Shown piece by piece: positions 13,866 through 28,539 of a DNA stretch of 64,000 bases. Below the pieces are notes generated by a model. The model made no database searches. It was not told the DNA's origin and worked only from the letters and a program-made list of their open reading frames with translations. Every line of letters starts with the position of its first letter. The stretch's first letter is position 1. Source of the DNA: Eledone cirrhosa (lineage: Eukaryota). The position numbers and the translations under genes are program-made. The stretch lies in the NCBI GenBank assembly GCA_964016885.1, contig OZ024755.1, positions 25,048,001-25,112,000 on the forward strand. The letters are read 5' to 3'.

Positions 13866-14329
13866 TATTCAGCCAAAACACTAAAACACGCGAGACCGAA
13901 ACAGGCTGTGAATGACGGAAGACGATAAAGCTTGGATTACATGCTGTGGTGTTTGTTTCAGCTCACTGATCTTTGAGTTCAAATCACGCCGAGGTCAACT
14001 TTATCTTTCATCCTTTTGTTGGTTATGAATAAAGTACTAATTCAGGGCACTGGATTGGCGGAATTCTTGATGATTCGGGTGGGATGTTTTGCAGTGTCTG
14101 ATCTAGGAATATATATATTCTAGGTTCAAACCTCTCCTCCGTCTGTCAGGAGTTATGATCGGCAAATAGTATCAACAATGGAAAGAACAATGGAAATATT
14201 GTTTCGTTGGTTCAATCTGATGATCGGCTTTATGAACTTTTTATTAGATGTGGTGGAATTTTAGTAGAATTAGTTGGAGTAAGGAGAGTTTTGATAGCAG
14301 TGGAGGTGCGATTCTTAGTGGCTATGTGA

Positions 14330-15118
14330 GCTCTTTCATTATCATATTTCTAATAAAAGGTACTACCTATGTCATTACCTCTTTCATTATCATATTTCTA
14401 ATGAAATATCTTTCATCATTTCATTACGATATTTCTAATAAAAGACACTACCTATGTCATTACCTCTTTCATTATCATATTTCTAATGAAATATCTTTCA
14501 TCATTTCATTACGATATTTCTAATAAAAGACACTACCTATGTCATTACCTCTTTCATTATCATATTTCTAATGAAATGTCTTTCATCATTTCATTACGAT
14601 ATTTCTAATGAAAGACACTGCCTATGTCATTAACCCTCTCATTACCATATATCTCATTAAAGGCACTATTTATATCTTTAACCTTTCCATTACCATATTT
14701 CTAATGATATACACTGTTATGTCTTTAACCCTTCCATTGCCATATTTCTAATGAAACACACAGCTTCTGTTTTTAACCCTTTCATTACCATATTTTTTAT
14801 TGAAAGACATTGTCTATGTCAATAACTCTTTCATTACCATATATCTAAAGAAACACGCTGTCTATACAGGTAACCCTTTCGATTCTATATCTCTAATGAA
14901 AGGCACTACACATGACCTTAAAATAATTTGGAATATAATAAAAAATCTGTAGGGACTTAGTAATATAACTGTCTCATTATTACGTTGAAATATAATTTAA
15001 GAAAGGTCCTTATATAGAACTCTGATGGAAAGTTTTGTAGATAAATATAAGCACTTTAAAACAGTTCGTATCTTTGAGCCAGGGGTGGTTTCATTCGGTT
15101 TCGTACCAAAAGATTTAA
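14330..15118 (+). mobile_element. TTAA-type (piggyBac-like) MITE with tandemly amplified ~48-bp 5' terminus
   Basis: Repeated (tt)aaccctttcattaccatatttctaatgaaagacactgcctatgtc, then the element body, ending cggtttcgtaccaaaagatttaa; homologous to 43880-44733. Confidence 0.65.
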
Positions 15119-16517
15119 TGATGTTGGCAGAGGGGATAATGATGATGATATTGATGGTGTAGGCGGTGATGAGTGCAATGTTAATGATGGCAAAATTGAT
15201 GTCAAATGCGTTTGTGGTTATCAAGCTGATAAAAAAAAAGTGGTGAAGGAGAGAGATGGCAGTATTGGTAGTGGTAGGTGTTAGTGACGATCATAGTATT
15301 GGTTGTTTGCTGCAATGTGATGGTGAAGTGAGTGTAGTGGATGGGGAGAGAGTACAGAGACTATCAGGTTTGCTCGTTGGTGGATAAGGTCAACGCGTGG
15401 CAATATAGCCTTTCTCGGATACCAGGCACAAGAATAGGTCAGATAACGTGAAGGGCGGAGCTAGTTTACATTCGGCTACCATTGCAGGCTACCTTTTATT
15501 ATGGTGATTGGGCGGGGTTAACTGATAGCTAGATAACTGATAGTTAGCAGAAATGTACTTAACAGCTGAGGGCCAGACAAAACACATAGAGAGAGATGGA
15601 GAGAGAGAGAGAGAGAAAGAGAGATGGTAGAGAAAGAAAGTGAGAAGGTATGTGTGTTTAAGAAAAGGTGAGAATAGAATAGTCAAACTGAAGTATGAGA
15701 GCGGAAAACTTTCAATATGTACACACAAACATATATATATATATACTCAGACAGAGGCACGCGCGCACACACACACACACATACACACACACACACATAT
15801 ATATATACATATAATCAGTTACAACAGTGACGTGCGTAAATTTCGATGGGTTTAACTCTATATTGTGATGGAGTACTTCCGAAGAGATTCTTGATCAGAT
15901 AGAAGAGTTCTAGAGCAGTTAACTCGAAAAAAATCTTAATTATTTAAATAAATAAATTATGGTTAAAATGTATATATGTAACAAGAAAAAAGGGGATAAC
16001 TTGTGTGCAGAGAGATATGGCATGTAATAAGGTTTAAAACGAAAATTTTAGTCTGGCCTAGACCACACCTTCAGAAAGAAATTGTATCGTGGGGACATCG
16101 ATTGAAAACATCCAGCTGTGTATTTAGGCTGTTTTTTATAAAGACAATTGCGAAAGTATATTCTACTTTTCCGCGAGTTCAAATAAATCCTTAGACGAAA
16201 AAACAAATAAAACTAAAAACAACAACAACAAATAACAACATAATTAAATGGATAAATATAAATGTTAAGATTCTATACTGCATCAGTAAGATCTCTTACT
16301 AATTAATTAGACAAGACATTAACTGCCCATAATTAAGTGGGGAGACAAACTCACCTGTTTATATGGCGGGCTACTGGACACTGATAGTATTGGACAGTGG
16401 AAGGCTGGGAGGTATGCTAAAAATAATTCCCTCGCATGTCGTGAAGCATCTCAACAGATATTAAAAATTCGGGAGTTAGTGTGAATATATATGTGATTGT
16501 GTCTGTGTGTGTGTATG

Positions 16518-16549
<32 letters not shown>

Positions 16550-17269
16550 TACACACATATATACATACACATACATATATATGTACATTTACATATGTAC
16601 ATATATATACATACATACATATACATACATATATATGTACATATATGCATATACATACACGCATATATATAGATATATATATATGTACATATATTCATAT
16701 ACATACATATATTAATTTCAACAATGTCAGTATTCCGTGTGTCATAATTCTCGATTATCATTGGTTCATTGGTTTCAAACGACTCCGCCCACCTCAACGA
16801 CGCCAAACTTAAATTAATATGCATAATGCCAATGAGGGAGTGGGAGGGGAGAGTAAGAAACAGAGAGCCAAAGTGATCGCTGTGTTGGATACACTATGTA
16901 TATGTGTCAGTGTAGAGACATGTGTGTGATGTGTGTGGAAATAAAAGGGGAAGGAAAGAAATAACTACCATGTGTGCGTGTGTATGTACGTGTGCGTATG
17001 TTTATGCGTGCGTGCAGCATTCCACACAAAGTAAAAACTATCAACATGTGTGAGTGTGTGAGTGTGTGCGTGTGTATAAGTGCACGGGTGCGTGTGTAAG
17101 TTTGCGTGCGTACATGCGGCGTTCCACAATCGCCACGCAGTTTATCTGTCAGTGTGCATGTCTGTCAGTCTAACATACACAGAGTTGTGAAGGGAGTAAA
17201 TAGGGACCTTTTTTTACATCGACGGACACCTTTTATATTTATTATTGTGTCATTTTTTGACAATTGCTC

Positions 17270-17470
17270 GAAATGAATACTGATAATAAAAGCAATTCGA
17301 CTTTATCAATCAGTGAACTACAGCGGCAACGGCGTGCAGCCAGGAATGAAGAAAAACGGGCCGAACAGCGCCATCGGAACGCCGAACTGCAGAGGCGAAG
17401 ACGTGCCGCCATGAATGAGGAGGAGCTGGCTGAACAACGCCAACGAAACACTGGAGCCAAACGTGCTGAG
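17270..17470 (+). pseudogene. R/E/Q-rich repeat peptide resembling the N-terminus of Helitron Rep/helicase ORFs (fragment)
   Basis: QRQRRAARNEEKRAEQRHRNAELQRRRRAAMNEEELAEQRQRN; ~23-aa periodicity; truncated by a hairpin/PLE junction. Confidence 0.4.
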
Positions 17471-17475
17471 ATGCA

Positions 17476-17567
17476 TAATTTCTATGTTGTCTATGTTACC
17501 GTCGTGTTGTTGTCTGGCGAACATGCCAGACAACAACACGACGGTAACATAGACAACATTGAAATTA
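17476..17567. repeat. Hairpin with 43-bp arms (1 mismatch) and 6-nt loop
   Basis: taatttctatgttgtc...gtctggc gaacat gccagac...gacaacattgaaatta. Confidence 0.95.
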
Positions 17568-17716
17568 GAATAATATCTAAACATAGAAATGACCCAGCAG
17601 ATAGGCAAATCAGAGAGGCCAGTGAAATAGAACTTAGAAGGCCAAGGATAAACAGAAAAAATGAATGGAATAACAACAACGCCCAAACAAACAACACTGA
17701 CCTAAGAGAAGTATAA
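17519..17716 (+). mobile_element. Penelope-like element GIY-YIG C-terminal fragment (second family)
   Basis: EHARQQHDGNIDNIEIRIISKHRNDPADRQIREASEIELRRPRINRKNEW resembles the EH...H...I...R.I.EA.EI....P.lNR end of PLE endonucleases. Confidence 0.6.
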
Positions 17717-18002
17717 ATAAATAAATTGATAAATAAATTAATTAATACATACACAAGCACAATAACAACAAACACACATAAACACACACTAGTAAAGATA
17801 GAATACATTAACCAATACACAGTCACCCAATCACGAACACACAACAACACAGAAACAACAACAGCAAAAACCTCAGAAATAACAACACCAACAACAACAA
17901 TGCAAGAAATGTCTGCAGTTCAACTATGAAACGTAAGAAAGAACACAACCTGAAGGACAGCATGGTGTAGAAGTTTAACATTTACACAGCGTCAGAAATA
18001 AG

Positions 18003-18610
18003 TCCATACCCTCCACCACCCTAGCGTCTTATCTGGCGGCTATGTCTATTACCTCCACCACCCTGTAATATTACCCTAGCGTCTTCACTGGCGGGAATGT
18101 TCATAACCTCCACCACCCTGTAATACTACCCTAGCGTCTTATCTGGCGGAAATGTCCATAACCTCTACCACCCTGTAATACTACCCTAGCGTCTTATCTG
18201 GCGGAAATGTCCATAACCTCTACCACCCTGTAATACTACCCTAGCGTCTTATCTGGCAAGTAGGGACATTATCTCAAATACCACCCTGCCGTCTTTTCCA
18301 GTGGGTATGTCCATAACCTCTACTACCACTCAACCGTCTTATCTGGTGGATATGTCCATAACCTCTACCACCCTCTAATATTACACTGCAGTCTTTTCTG
18401 GTGGATATATCTATAAAACTACCATCCTCTAATACCACACTGCCGTCCTATCTGACGGATATATCCATAACTTCTACTACCCTCTAATACCACACTGCCG
18501 TCTTATCTGACGGATATATCCATAACTTCTACTACCTTCTAATACCACACTGCCGTCTTATCTGACGGATATATCCATAACTTCTACTACCCTCTAACAC
18601 CCTGCCGTCA
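18003..18610. repeat. ~55-bp minisatellite, ~11 diverged units
   Basis: ccctagcgtcttatctggcggaaatgtccataacctctaccaccctgtaatacta repeats (e.g. 18129, 18184). Confidence 0.9.
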
Positions 18611-18903
18611 TATCGATTTTCGGATCTAATTGGACCATCATCAGGAGACGTGTATATTATCCAACGAACCACAATGAACCTCGTGTCTCCCAGATACCGG
18701 CTGAGTGCTCTTAACATTTGAATTAAGGATCTGAATCAAACAGCTCTTTGAAAATGTCAAAAAAAATTTATGCGAAGCTCCAAATTTCGACCTTACGAAG
18801 CGCTGAGAGGAAAAAGTTTATAGATGTAGCATATTCTTCACAATCTTGCCATCGGAAAGGTCGCCAGGGGAAAATAAACTCAAAATTAAGTGAGAGAGAA
18901 GTT

Positions 18904-19650
<747 letters not shown>

Positions 19651-20071
19651 GTTTAGCATTACAAGAAGGCGAATATCTTTCTTCTGTCATGACATGCTAC
19701 TAAATTATAGACATTATATAGTCTGCAGGTGTGATGTAAAGTCTGTAACTACTACCCCCGCCACCCCCAAACAACTTATTGCAGCATATTTAACTCTTTT
19801 AGCAGGAGCTAAAACCTTTTCAAAGACACGTACATATTGTGCATCTTGTTTCATTATATATATATATATATATATATATAATTGCATGCATACATACCCA
19901 TGTATACACACACACATATATATATATATAATTGCATGCATATATACATACACATGTATACACACACACACACACACATATATAATTGCATGCATATATA
20001 CATACACATGTATACACACACACACACACACACATATATATAATTGCATGCATATATACATACACATGTAT

Positions 20072-20117
<46 letters not shown>

Positions 20118-20145
20118 TTGCATGCATATATACATACACATGTAT

Positions 20146-20178
<33 letters not shown>

Positions 20179-20224
20179 CACACATATATACATACATACA
20201 TACATACATACATACATACATACA

Positions 20225-20284
<60 letters not shown>

Positions 20285-20346
20285 CACATACATACCAGCA
20301 GTTTTAAAACGGCTTCTCCGCGCATACATATTACCTGTCAGAAATT

Positions 20347-20382
<36 letters not shown>

Positions 20383-20387
<5 letters not shown>

Positions 20388-20613
20388 GATATTAAACAAA
20401 TGGAAACTATATTTATAAAACCATATTTATTTCATTATACATATTTCAGGGATACCATATTAAAAATATGGCATGCCTTCTTCAGATAAAATACAATATA
20501 TAAGCAGTTTTAGAAGAAGGCATGCCATATTTTTAATATGGTATCCCTGAATTATGTATAATGAAATAAATATGGTTTTATAAATATAGTTTCCATTTGT
20601 TTAATATCGTATA
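20383..20613. repeat. Fold-back inverted repeat, ~100-bp arms, 29-nt spacer
   Basis: acgatattaaac...gccttcttc (to 20483) mirrored by gaagaaggc...gtttaatatcgt (from 20513). Confidence 0.95.
20428..20493 (-). ncRNA. Type I hammerhead ribozyme motif (PLE-type, minimal stem III)
   Basis: TATTTTAT CTGAAGA AGGCATGCCATATT-TTT-AATATGGTATCCCT GAAA T-ATGT-A TA ATGAAATA: 8-bp stem I, 13/14-bp stem II, AUA triplet. Confidence 0.7.
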
Positions 20614-20692
20614 TCTACTCCAACACTTGAGTGCTTTATATCAGTTATAAAATATTTACTCGTTGTAACGCAACAATTTTTAATAACACTTT

Positions 20693-20769
<77 letters not shown>

Positions 20770-20899
20770 ATGTTGACGTGACTAGCATGGGTTTCACTGC
20801 CAGGACCGGTTGCATCTCAGCGTACTCAATAGGTAATGTTATGTAAAATCCCAGAGTAGAATATAGCTATTCGCTTCAATACAACATATATAGCCCCAC

Positions 20900-20951
<52 letters not shown>

Positions 20952-21059
20952 CGAAATGTGGTAAGGAACCAGGTGGACCATAACGCACCAAAGTACTCAA
21001 TACTTAAGGTAGTAGAGTGGGTAATAGGAATGCAAAGAATAATAATACTAATAATGTCC

Positions 21060-21178
21060 GTTTACAATTGTTTCGCTACTCCATACAATGTTTCTAGATC
21101 AAATGATTATAGATAATTATTGATCTGGTTCAGTTGAAGATAATTAACTTAGGTAAAATTGGAGCAGTTCATCGGAAC
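21060..21178 (-). ncRNA. Hammerhead-like motif with variant core (CCGATGA) and large loop II
   Basis: GTT CCGATGA A CTGCTCCA [~76 nt] TGGAGTAG C GAAA CAATTG TA AAC; palindromic stem III, GUA triplet. Confidence 0.5.
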
Positions 21179-21589
21179 TTCAAAAGGAATATAAATTAAG
21201 GTAAAGAAAGATGGTTACATGAATGTAATGTTCCATATATTGGTATTTCACTATGGTGTCCTGGGTATATCTATTGTCTGCCATAGGCGAGCAATATTCT
21301 TCTGTCGAGGCTGCATTATGTGAGATCTGCCTATAAGGAACAAGATGGCCGCCAAAGGACATATTTATCTTACTAATTAGAGGGTGGTTTCAGGGGAAGT
21401 AACTCCTCGAGAAATTAGAAATTTCCAGCTCTGTGCACATAACCTCTGCATGAACCCAGCCACCTAGCTGCCTTCCACTGCATATTGCACATTGAGCATA
21501 TGCCTTTACGCTTGGCTTCTAACTAATTCACCAATCTCTCTTCTCCTCTCCATCTCTCTCTTTAAGATTGGTTACTCTTGAACTGTGTG

Positions 21590-21638
<49 letters not shown>

Positions 21639-22226
21639 TAGTTGAAATTTCGTTCACTTAACAAGTATGCGCGACAGTATTTTCTTCAGAAAGGTTGATG
21701 GTTCTCAAGTGGGTGACACTGTCATTGTTGTCGTCGTCCCAGGGAAATAGTAGTGGGGAAAATGGTTGCTGGTTTTACAGACCTCGACTGATATTTTTAC
21801 TGTTCGTCAATCATGGTATTTCAATGGTCCTTTAAAAGCTTAGCGTGCCCATATCCTTTCCAAGCATCGTACGGCACTAAGTTTAGCCTTCCAGTAGAAG
21901 CTGTTGCTAGAGTGCAGCTGGAAAGGTTTTCAGAGTCAATAATGAGAGTCAGGTATGAACTAGTATACTCGCCGATCATTAATGACGCCGCTGCCGTCAA
22001 GGTATTCTATCTATCTGAACACCCCATATACATATACATATATATATATATATAGAGAGAGAGAGATAGATAGGTTCATTCTGCCATTGTAACAGCAGAG
22101 GTCCGACGAGCTTTTAATTCCATAGACGGGTCACATCGATACAGATCGAACCAATAGTGAAACGCGCGTCACCAATCAATAAATGTGATGAAGGCATAAC
22201 AAATCGTCCTTGTATTATTATATTTA

Positions 22227-22330
22227 CACGCCGAGGTTAACTTTGCCTTTCATCCTTACGGGGTCGATAAAATAAAGTACCAGTAATACACTAGGATAAT
22301 TGCTGTGCTAAAAGTAGAAACAATTATTAT
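22227..22330 (+). mobile_element. SINE family A, 3' half
   Basis: cgccgaggttaactttgcctttcatccttacggggtcgataaaataaagtaccag...aaagtagaaacaattatta. Confidence 0.85.
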
Positions 22331-22462
22331 ATTTACACTGTCTAGCTCTACACCTCGCTACAGACGTGAATCTAAACATCGAGTGCTCACCTGGGGGAAC
22401 CTACAGTAACTCTGCGTTACACTTCCTGGATATCTATATATATATATATATATATATATATC

Positions 22463-22498
<36 letters not shown>

Positions 22499-23489
22499 AA
22501 TATGTGTGTATGTATGTGTCTGTGTGTGAGAGAGTGTGACTGTGTATGTGTGCGTGTGTACGTCTGTGTGCGTATTTATGAGTGCACTTGTTCATGTCTA
22601 CCATCGAATCCTAAAAACCTCATGGAATTCTACAGTTGAATAATTTTTTAGGGTTTTCTAGTGAAAGCTCTACATGAATAGTTGTGAATGTTTTTAATCT
22701 CAGAAGAATATTCCTAGCAGACGGTTTGGATTCTATTTTCTCCCAAATACTAACGGAACTGGAACACAAAACATTGATGTCTCGCCAAAAGAAAAAAAAA
22801 ACTAATAGAAAAAAAATATAAAACAGTAACAAAAACGTAGTAGGTTTTTCTTCAGACATTTCTTGTGTAAGGTAATAATTTGTTTCCAATCATTAAGTCC
22901 CGATTTCGATTTCTGCTGCGTAAGATCTTGAATAAGTATCATTGACCATACCCCAGATCGAACGAACCAAGCCTTGTAAGCAAGATTCTGTCGAAGAAAT
23001 TTGTTTATAAAATCGTCAGATGGGATTCTACTTGTAATTCAAAAAGCCAGTGTTATCATATATTATGTCACGTTGATTCTCCGTGAAAAGTACAATAAGA
23101 GGACTCGTTTCTGTTGAATGCTCAGCCACTTGAACGTTAATTTCAGGAGAACAAATAGAACAATCATCTTCGAAACTGACGGAGGTCCATTGATTAGAAT
23201 ATGATTAGAACAGCTCGTTTTATTTAGTTATTAGTAATGATACGATAGACTAAACCCCTTCAGAGTGGTGCCCCAGTATGGCAGCAGACTAATGACAGAA
23301 ACCAATAAAAGAATAAACCCTGTTAAAACTTTCCCGTTTGTTTTTAAATTAATCATCAAACTAGTGAACAGCTTTCTTACCAAATAGTTACACAGATATG
23401 TCAGTGTATTAAAAATTCAAAAATAACTTTTTTCTGCTGTTTGACGAACAACTTCATTCTCAGCGGACAAATGGAAGACATTTTCCTGT

Positions 23490-23762
23490 GGAAGATGGTT
23501 GGATAACAAGGATGAGCTGGACTGGTCACGTTTGGTGATCTAGCCGGGTCAGTTAGAAACAGTTTATTCTCACAGGACCCACTAGATGGCATGGTTGAGG
23601 ACTCTGCCCTCACCCACGACCTTCCCGGTAACATGTGGAAGAAGAAGAAGAAAGAAGGGAAAAAAAAGAAAAAGAAGAAGAAAAAGGAGAAGAAAAAGGA
23701 GAAGAAAAAGGAGAAGAAAAAGGAGAAGAAAAAGGAGAAGAAAATGGAGGAAAAGAAAAAGA
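23490..23762 (+). mobile_element. RTE-like LINE 3' end with (GAA)n tail expanded into a 12-bp purine repeat
   Basis: RWLDNKDELDWSRL...WLRTLPS, then gaagaagaag and (AAAAAGGAGAAG)n. Confidence 0.6.
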
Positions 23763-23974
23763 AATTGCGTTTAAAGACCGATTTATGTCACGAACATACT
23801 ATATAAAGGTATCAGTCATCTTAATACTACAATCCAGTGATTATTTGAACGAGCAGTTCAGCACTGCTTAAGAAGTTTAAATTTAATTTTATGAAGTAAG
23901 TCAACGTGGTAAATGATGGCTACAAGACCTAAAGCACCCATGAAAAATAAGATTAAAATATGTTTTAAGCCTAT

Positions 23975-24190
23975 AGGGTCACCAGATCGGAGCTTATTCC
24001 GGTTTCATTCATGTTAAGCGACCGAGAGTAGAGAATTCGCCTTTGTATAGGAACCCAGTTTATTGCAGGTTTAATATCTCGGTGTTGTTGACTCTCAATG
24101 TTTAGTTGAGTTGAGGGAAACAATGTGAAATAAAATGCTTTTCTGAAGAGTACAACGTGCTGCCTAGTTCAGATATCGAACCCAAGGCAT
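23975..24190 (-). mobile_element. Degenerate SINE family B (single-unit homologue of the 24-bp array host)
   Basis: gttaagcgacc...acccagtttattgcaggtttaa...caatgtgaaataaaatgc...atcgaaccc (reverse-complement B-box). Confidence 0.55.
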
Positions 24191-25168
24191 GAACCGAACA
24201 GCCGAACCTCCAAGATAACATACTTTCACGTACGTAGGCAAAGTGATATATAATTTCACTAATTCAGGGAGACCAATATTAAGATCTGTCTTTAGAAGTA
24301 GTGAACGTATGTCGATTGAAATTGTAATTACATTATGATAGATCATATACAGAGAAATAAAATATGTGAACTATAACTTATGAATAATGGTTCTTATATT
24401 GTTATATCGTCTGAGAAATTACATTGTGTTCGGTTGAGCTTGTCCAAATCCATTTATTATTAGGAATATGACAGCTCACAGTATTTGTTGATAAATGAAT
24501 CTGTAATGATCGAATACCAGTCTCTTCAGCTGTGTAGGATGTTGGGTGGCAAATTCTTTCATTATACTAGCTTGATGCTACATATATCAATTAGAGTTGG
24601 CTTCTGTCAGCCATATGGCAAGACCTCCTATTTTAAACAGTTTCAAACAATCGAAACAACACGTGTATATAACCTTTGATGTCAGTAATAACCTCTGAAG
24701 TTTCGAAACATTTATTCTAGTTTCCTACAGATCTAAAAGAAGAACGTCTTCCATAGACGACCTAAACGTTTATCACATTTGTCATAAGCGTGGATCAGTG
24801 TTACATATATGGCAATATCAAGAGCTGGGTGAGAAGCAATACATTGGCTATACTTAGATATATTATATTAAGCATTGCCTATGTAAATCTCATCGCTTCG
24901 GGAAGAAACCTAGCGCCGAGGCTCGTAATAGGTCTTAATAACAAGCATTAACTGACCATTTCTTTGTACCAGTCGCCAATGAGAACTGCGGATCCATTAA
25001 GATGTCCCAGTTGCTGTCGATTTCCTCCACTGAATCGAAATAAGAGCATTACTCCTAAGGAAGAAGCGCCGTTGGGTGGAGTGGCTGATGCAGTGAATGT
25101 TGATGGCAGCTTTTCGTAGCAATGTTTCCACCATCTTTTCCATCCTAGATTGTAGCTATATATCTATA

Positions 25169-25202
<34 letters not shown>

Positions 25203-25671
25203 CACACACATTTATATATAAATACTGACATACACTCCCATATGCACACGTACACACTCAAACACACATACACACACACATTATTTATGTTCATACTTCA
25301 TACACGAACAAAAGGAGTGTCTAACGTTGCAATGCTCAATATTGACCATATCTCCAGATTTGTGACCTTGTAAGAGGGAGAAAATTTGTGACATTGTCTT
25401 CGGGGGCTTAGACGAGTTTACGAGACACAAAACACATACAAATATATATATATATTCAGAAGATCCCGTTAAGGGTGAAAGCAGCGATTCTTTGCTTAAA
25501 CTTTAATTTGCTATTTTAATATATATATATATATATATATATTGTTATACTTTGGGAGGGTCATGTAGCCAATAAGAAACACACGCACCAGTTGTGCACA
25601 CAACGCACATAAAAACAAGATGGCGTAGGACAGAACAAAAGAGAGGCACAAAACAAAGAAATGAATCCCCA

Positions 25672-25713
25672 GTCACTGAAGAAGTCACATAATCTGTGAC
25701 GAAGAACTTTGAC
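25672..25713 (+). ncRNA. Degenerate hammerhead-like motif
   Basis: GTCA CTGAAGA A GTCACA-TAATC-TGTGAC GAAG AACTT TGAC; a related degenerate copy with intact GAAA lies on the minus strand at 27077-27118. Confidence 0.45.
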
Positions 25714-25946
25714 AATATATGAACAACCGTCCGGTTGTGGAACCAACCAACCGGAAATTTATAAATTATTTGAAAAAAAAAAAAAAAATTGTTTTTAATT
25801 TATAATAAATTGGAGTGAAACAACTGGTGCGTGTGTTTCTTATTGGCAACATCACCCTCCCAGGGTATAACAATATCGGTTTCAACACAAGTTTTCAGAT
25901 AAAGAATCTTGCTAAACAAATTCAGAAACGAAATATATATATATAT

Positions 25947-26095
25947 AACGAAGGAGTTGCTGTAAGGAACCAGATGAACCAGAAGGAACTAGACGCACCA
26001 GAGTACTCAATACTTAGGGTAGTAGGGTGGGTAATAGGAGAAAGTAAGACCCCGACGGCAGAGCTCAAGCCGTTTCGACGGCTATTTCTGGACTA
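25947..26095. mobile_element. (TA)n-inserted repeat family (probable PLE terminal-repeat fragment)
   Basis: aacgaagga..gtaaggaacc..acgcacca.agtactcaatactt; other copies at 20950-21035 and 30076-30290, each starting at a TA tract. Confidence 0.6.
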
Positions 26096-26114
26096 AAGTA
26101 AGAGTTTTTTTAGT

Positions 26115-26151
<37 letters not shown>

Positions 26152-26315
26152 ACTAGTAAGATGATTGAAAGGACGCCAATATTGTATAGTAATTTTGTGT
26201 GACGAAGGCGAGAGTAAAATACACCCCACCGGAATCAAGTGTGTGTGAATACAATCAGGGTATTAATCTAAAGGCTTGGGTAATTCTATTTCCTGCGTTC
26301 CAAATAGCTTACATT

Positions 26316-26350
<35 letters not shown>

Positions 26351-26574
26351 ATACATATACACACTTATCTAATAGGATATATGATGCATGTATGCATGTG
26401 TGTGTGTATGTATGTGTGTTTACGTACCTAATAGCTCCACTGATTTATTAAATACAAATTGTTTCATCAAGCAAAACCAGTGAAGATGTTTGGCAGGCGA
26501 AAAGAAAAGAAAGCGGAAACCACACACATACATATACATGCATACATGCATTCATATATATACTAATATATACT

Positions 26575-26607
<33 letters not shown>

Positions 26608-26645
26608 TTGCGTGTGTATATATATATATGTGTGTGCGTGCGTGC

Positions 26646-26691
<46 letters not shown>

Positions 26692-27283
26692 AAAGGGAAA
26701 AGATAATAATCCCATTAACAAAAGAACAATTTCAAGACCGGAGATTAGAAAGATTAAAGTGTAAAAACATAAAAAGATAATAAATAAATATGTAAATAAA
26801 ACCATAAATAAATGCTAAAACTATACATGAATAATATATATATAAAAGTAAAAACAACTGGTGGGAACATTTCTAGCAAACAGATGGTGAATTAGGATTC
26901 ACTGAAGCAAGTTTTTTTAAAGATTTTATAAGTTTAACCTTTGTTCTACAGCCATGGCATCTGTGGCTTTTATAGAACATTCCTGATCAAACCATTAGCG
27001 CCTGGAAGATTCATCCTAGTCATTTAGAAACACAAAAACTCTGAAATTTACTTAATATTTATCATTTTTTTCTTAATGTCAAAACTTTCGTCACAATACT
27101 GCGACCTGTTCCCTGACATAGTACCCACTGCAACATTTTACACCAAGAAATAAATGATAACTATAACATAAGGTTTACAGTTTTTGTGTTTATAAATGGC
27201 TAGATTGACTTTTCTACACGGTAATTGTTTTAATTTCAACACAGTCTCAGATCGCCAAACAAGGACAACTTTGAAATTCATAA

Positions 27284-27511
27284 TTAACCCTTCAGCATTC
27301 ACATTACTCTATAAATACTATTATATTTTCATGGTAAAGACTTTACTCCGCATAATTATCTCACATAATATCGAATCTATGAGATTTTGAAAGTATTTAT
27401 TTTGAGAACAATACCTTAACATCAGTTTGAGTGACCAGTTACAGCCAGTTTCAACAGAAAAAGGTAGAGAATTCTGGCCGGTTTTGGCCGGTTTGTACAT
27501 TAAAGGGTTAA
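27284..27511. mobile_element. TTAA-flanked MITE (piggyBac-like ends)
   Basis: TTAA|cccttcagcatt ... cattaaaggg|TTAA. Confidence 0.7.
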
Positions 27512-27599
27512 GTTATTCAAGTAACATAGCAGTAAAATATGGGACATTTGAGAGAAATCTTATGAGAACACAGAAAATGTCTGGATGCTTGTTGATTGA

Positions 27600-27750
27600 C
27601 TTCTTCTTATTGTTATTCATGAGAGGGTCGTAGTAGCAGAGTCATGAGACACTCCTGCCAGTGGGTCATGTCAGAAGCAAGCGTTTCCAACTGATCCAGC
27701 TTGATCCCCAAGCCAGACCAACCATCTTGCTCTGGGTCTACCCCTATAGA
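27600..27750 (-). mobile_element. RTE-like LINE 3' remnant
   Basis: ccaaccatcttgctctgggtctacccct is shared with 13833-13860; (GAA) tail on the minus strand. Confidence 0.55.
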
Positions 27751-28362
27751 CTTTACATATAATTCAGACAGCCAGCTTTTTTATACATTGTGTCACGCTG
27801 AATCTTCCCGAGAATTTCATTGAAGTTATACGACAATGTAGAAAGCACAGTCCCCCTGCATGTTATAGTTATTTCATGAGCTGGTTGTTCAGTTGATAGA
27901 ATAACTGAAACATTCATTATCGAAAGCAACGGAGGACCAAATCTCTTCCACCAACAGAAATATGTCTTATTTTCTTTCTACTCAGGTATACATATATTTG
28001 TGGAAATATATGATCCATAACGAGGCTCAACAATAATCCAGTGAATGTTAATGGGTGATGAATGCTGGGATAGAAGTATCGGCTTTCTCATTAGACTTCT
28101 AAAAATCAGCTTTGGAAAAAAAATATTTTGATAGTAGATAATCCTTGTGAAGGCGACTGTCTGATCTCGTTCTTAATTTTGCTATGCCTCTTACTTGCTC
28201 TAATTTTGCGCTGTGTGCCCCCCCCCACACACACACGTGTGTGTGTGTGGGGGTGGTGTGTGTGTGTGTACACTATATGCGAAAACATGCACTAAGTAAA
28301 TACTGTTCTAAAATTAATACATATATGTGTCTATATCTATATCTTTAACCCTTCTTTCTCCC

Positions 28363-28440
<78 letters not shown>

Positions 28441-28477
28441 CATACGTACGCATAAAAATGTATATATAAGCAAATGT

Positions 28478-28539
<62 letters not shown>

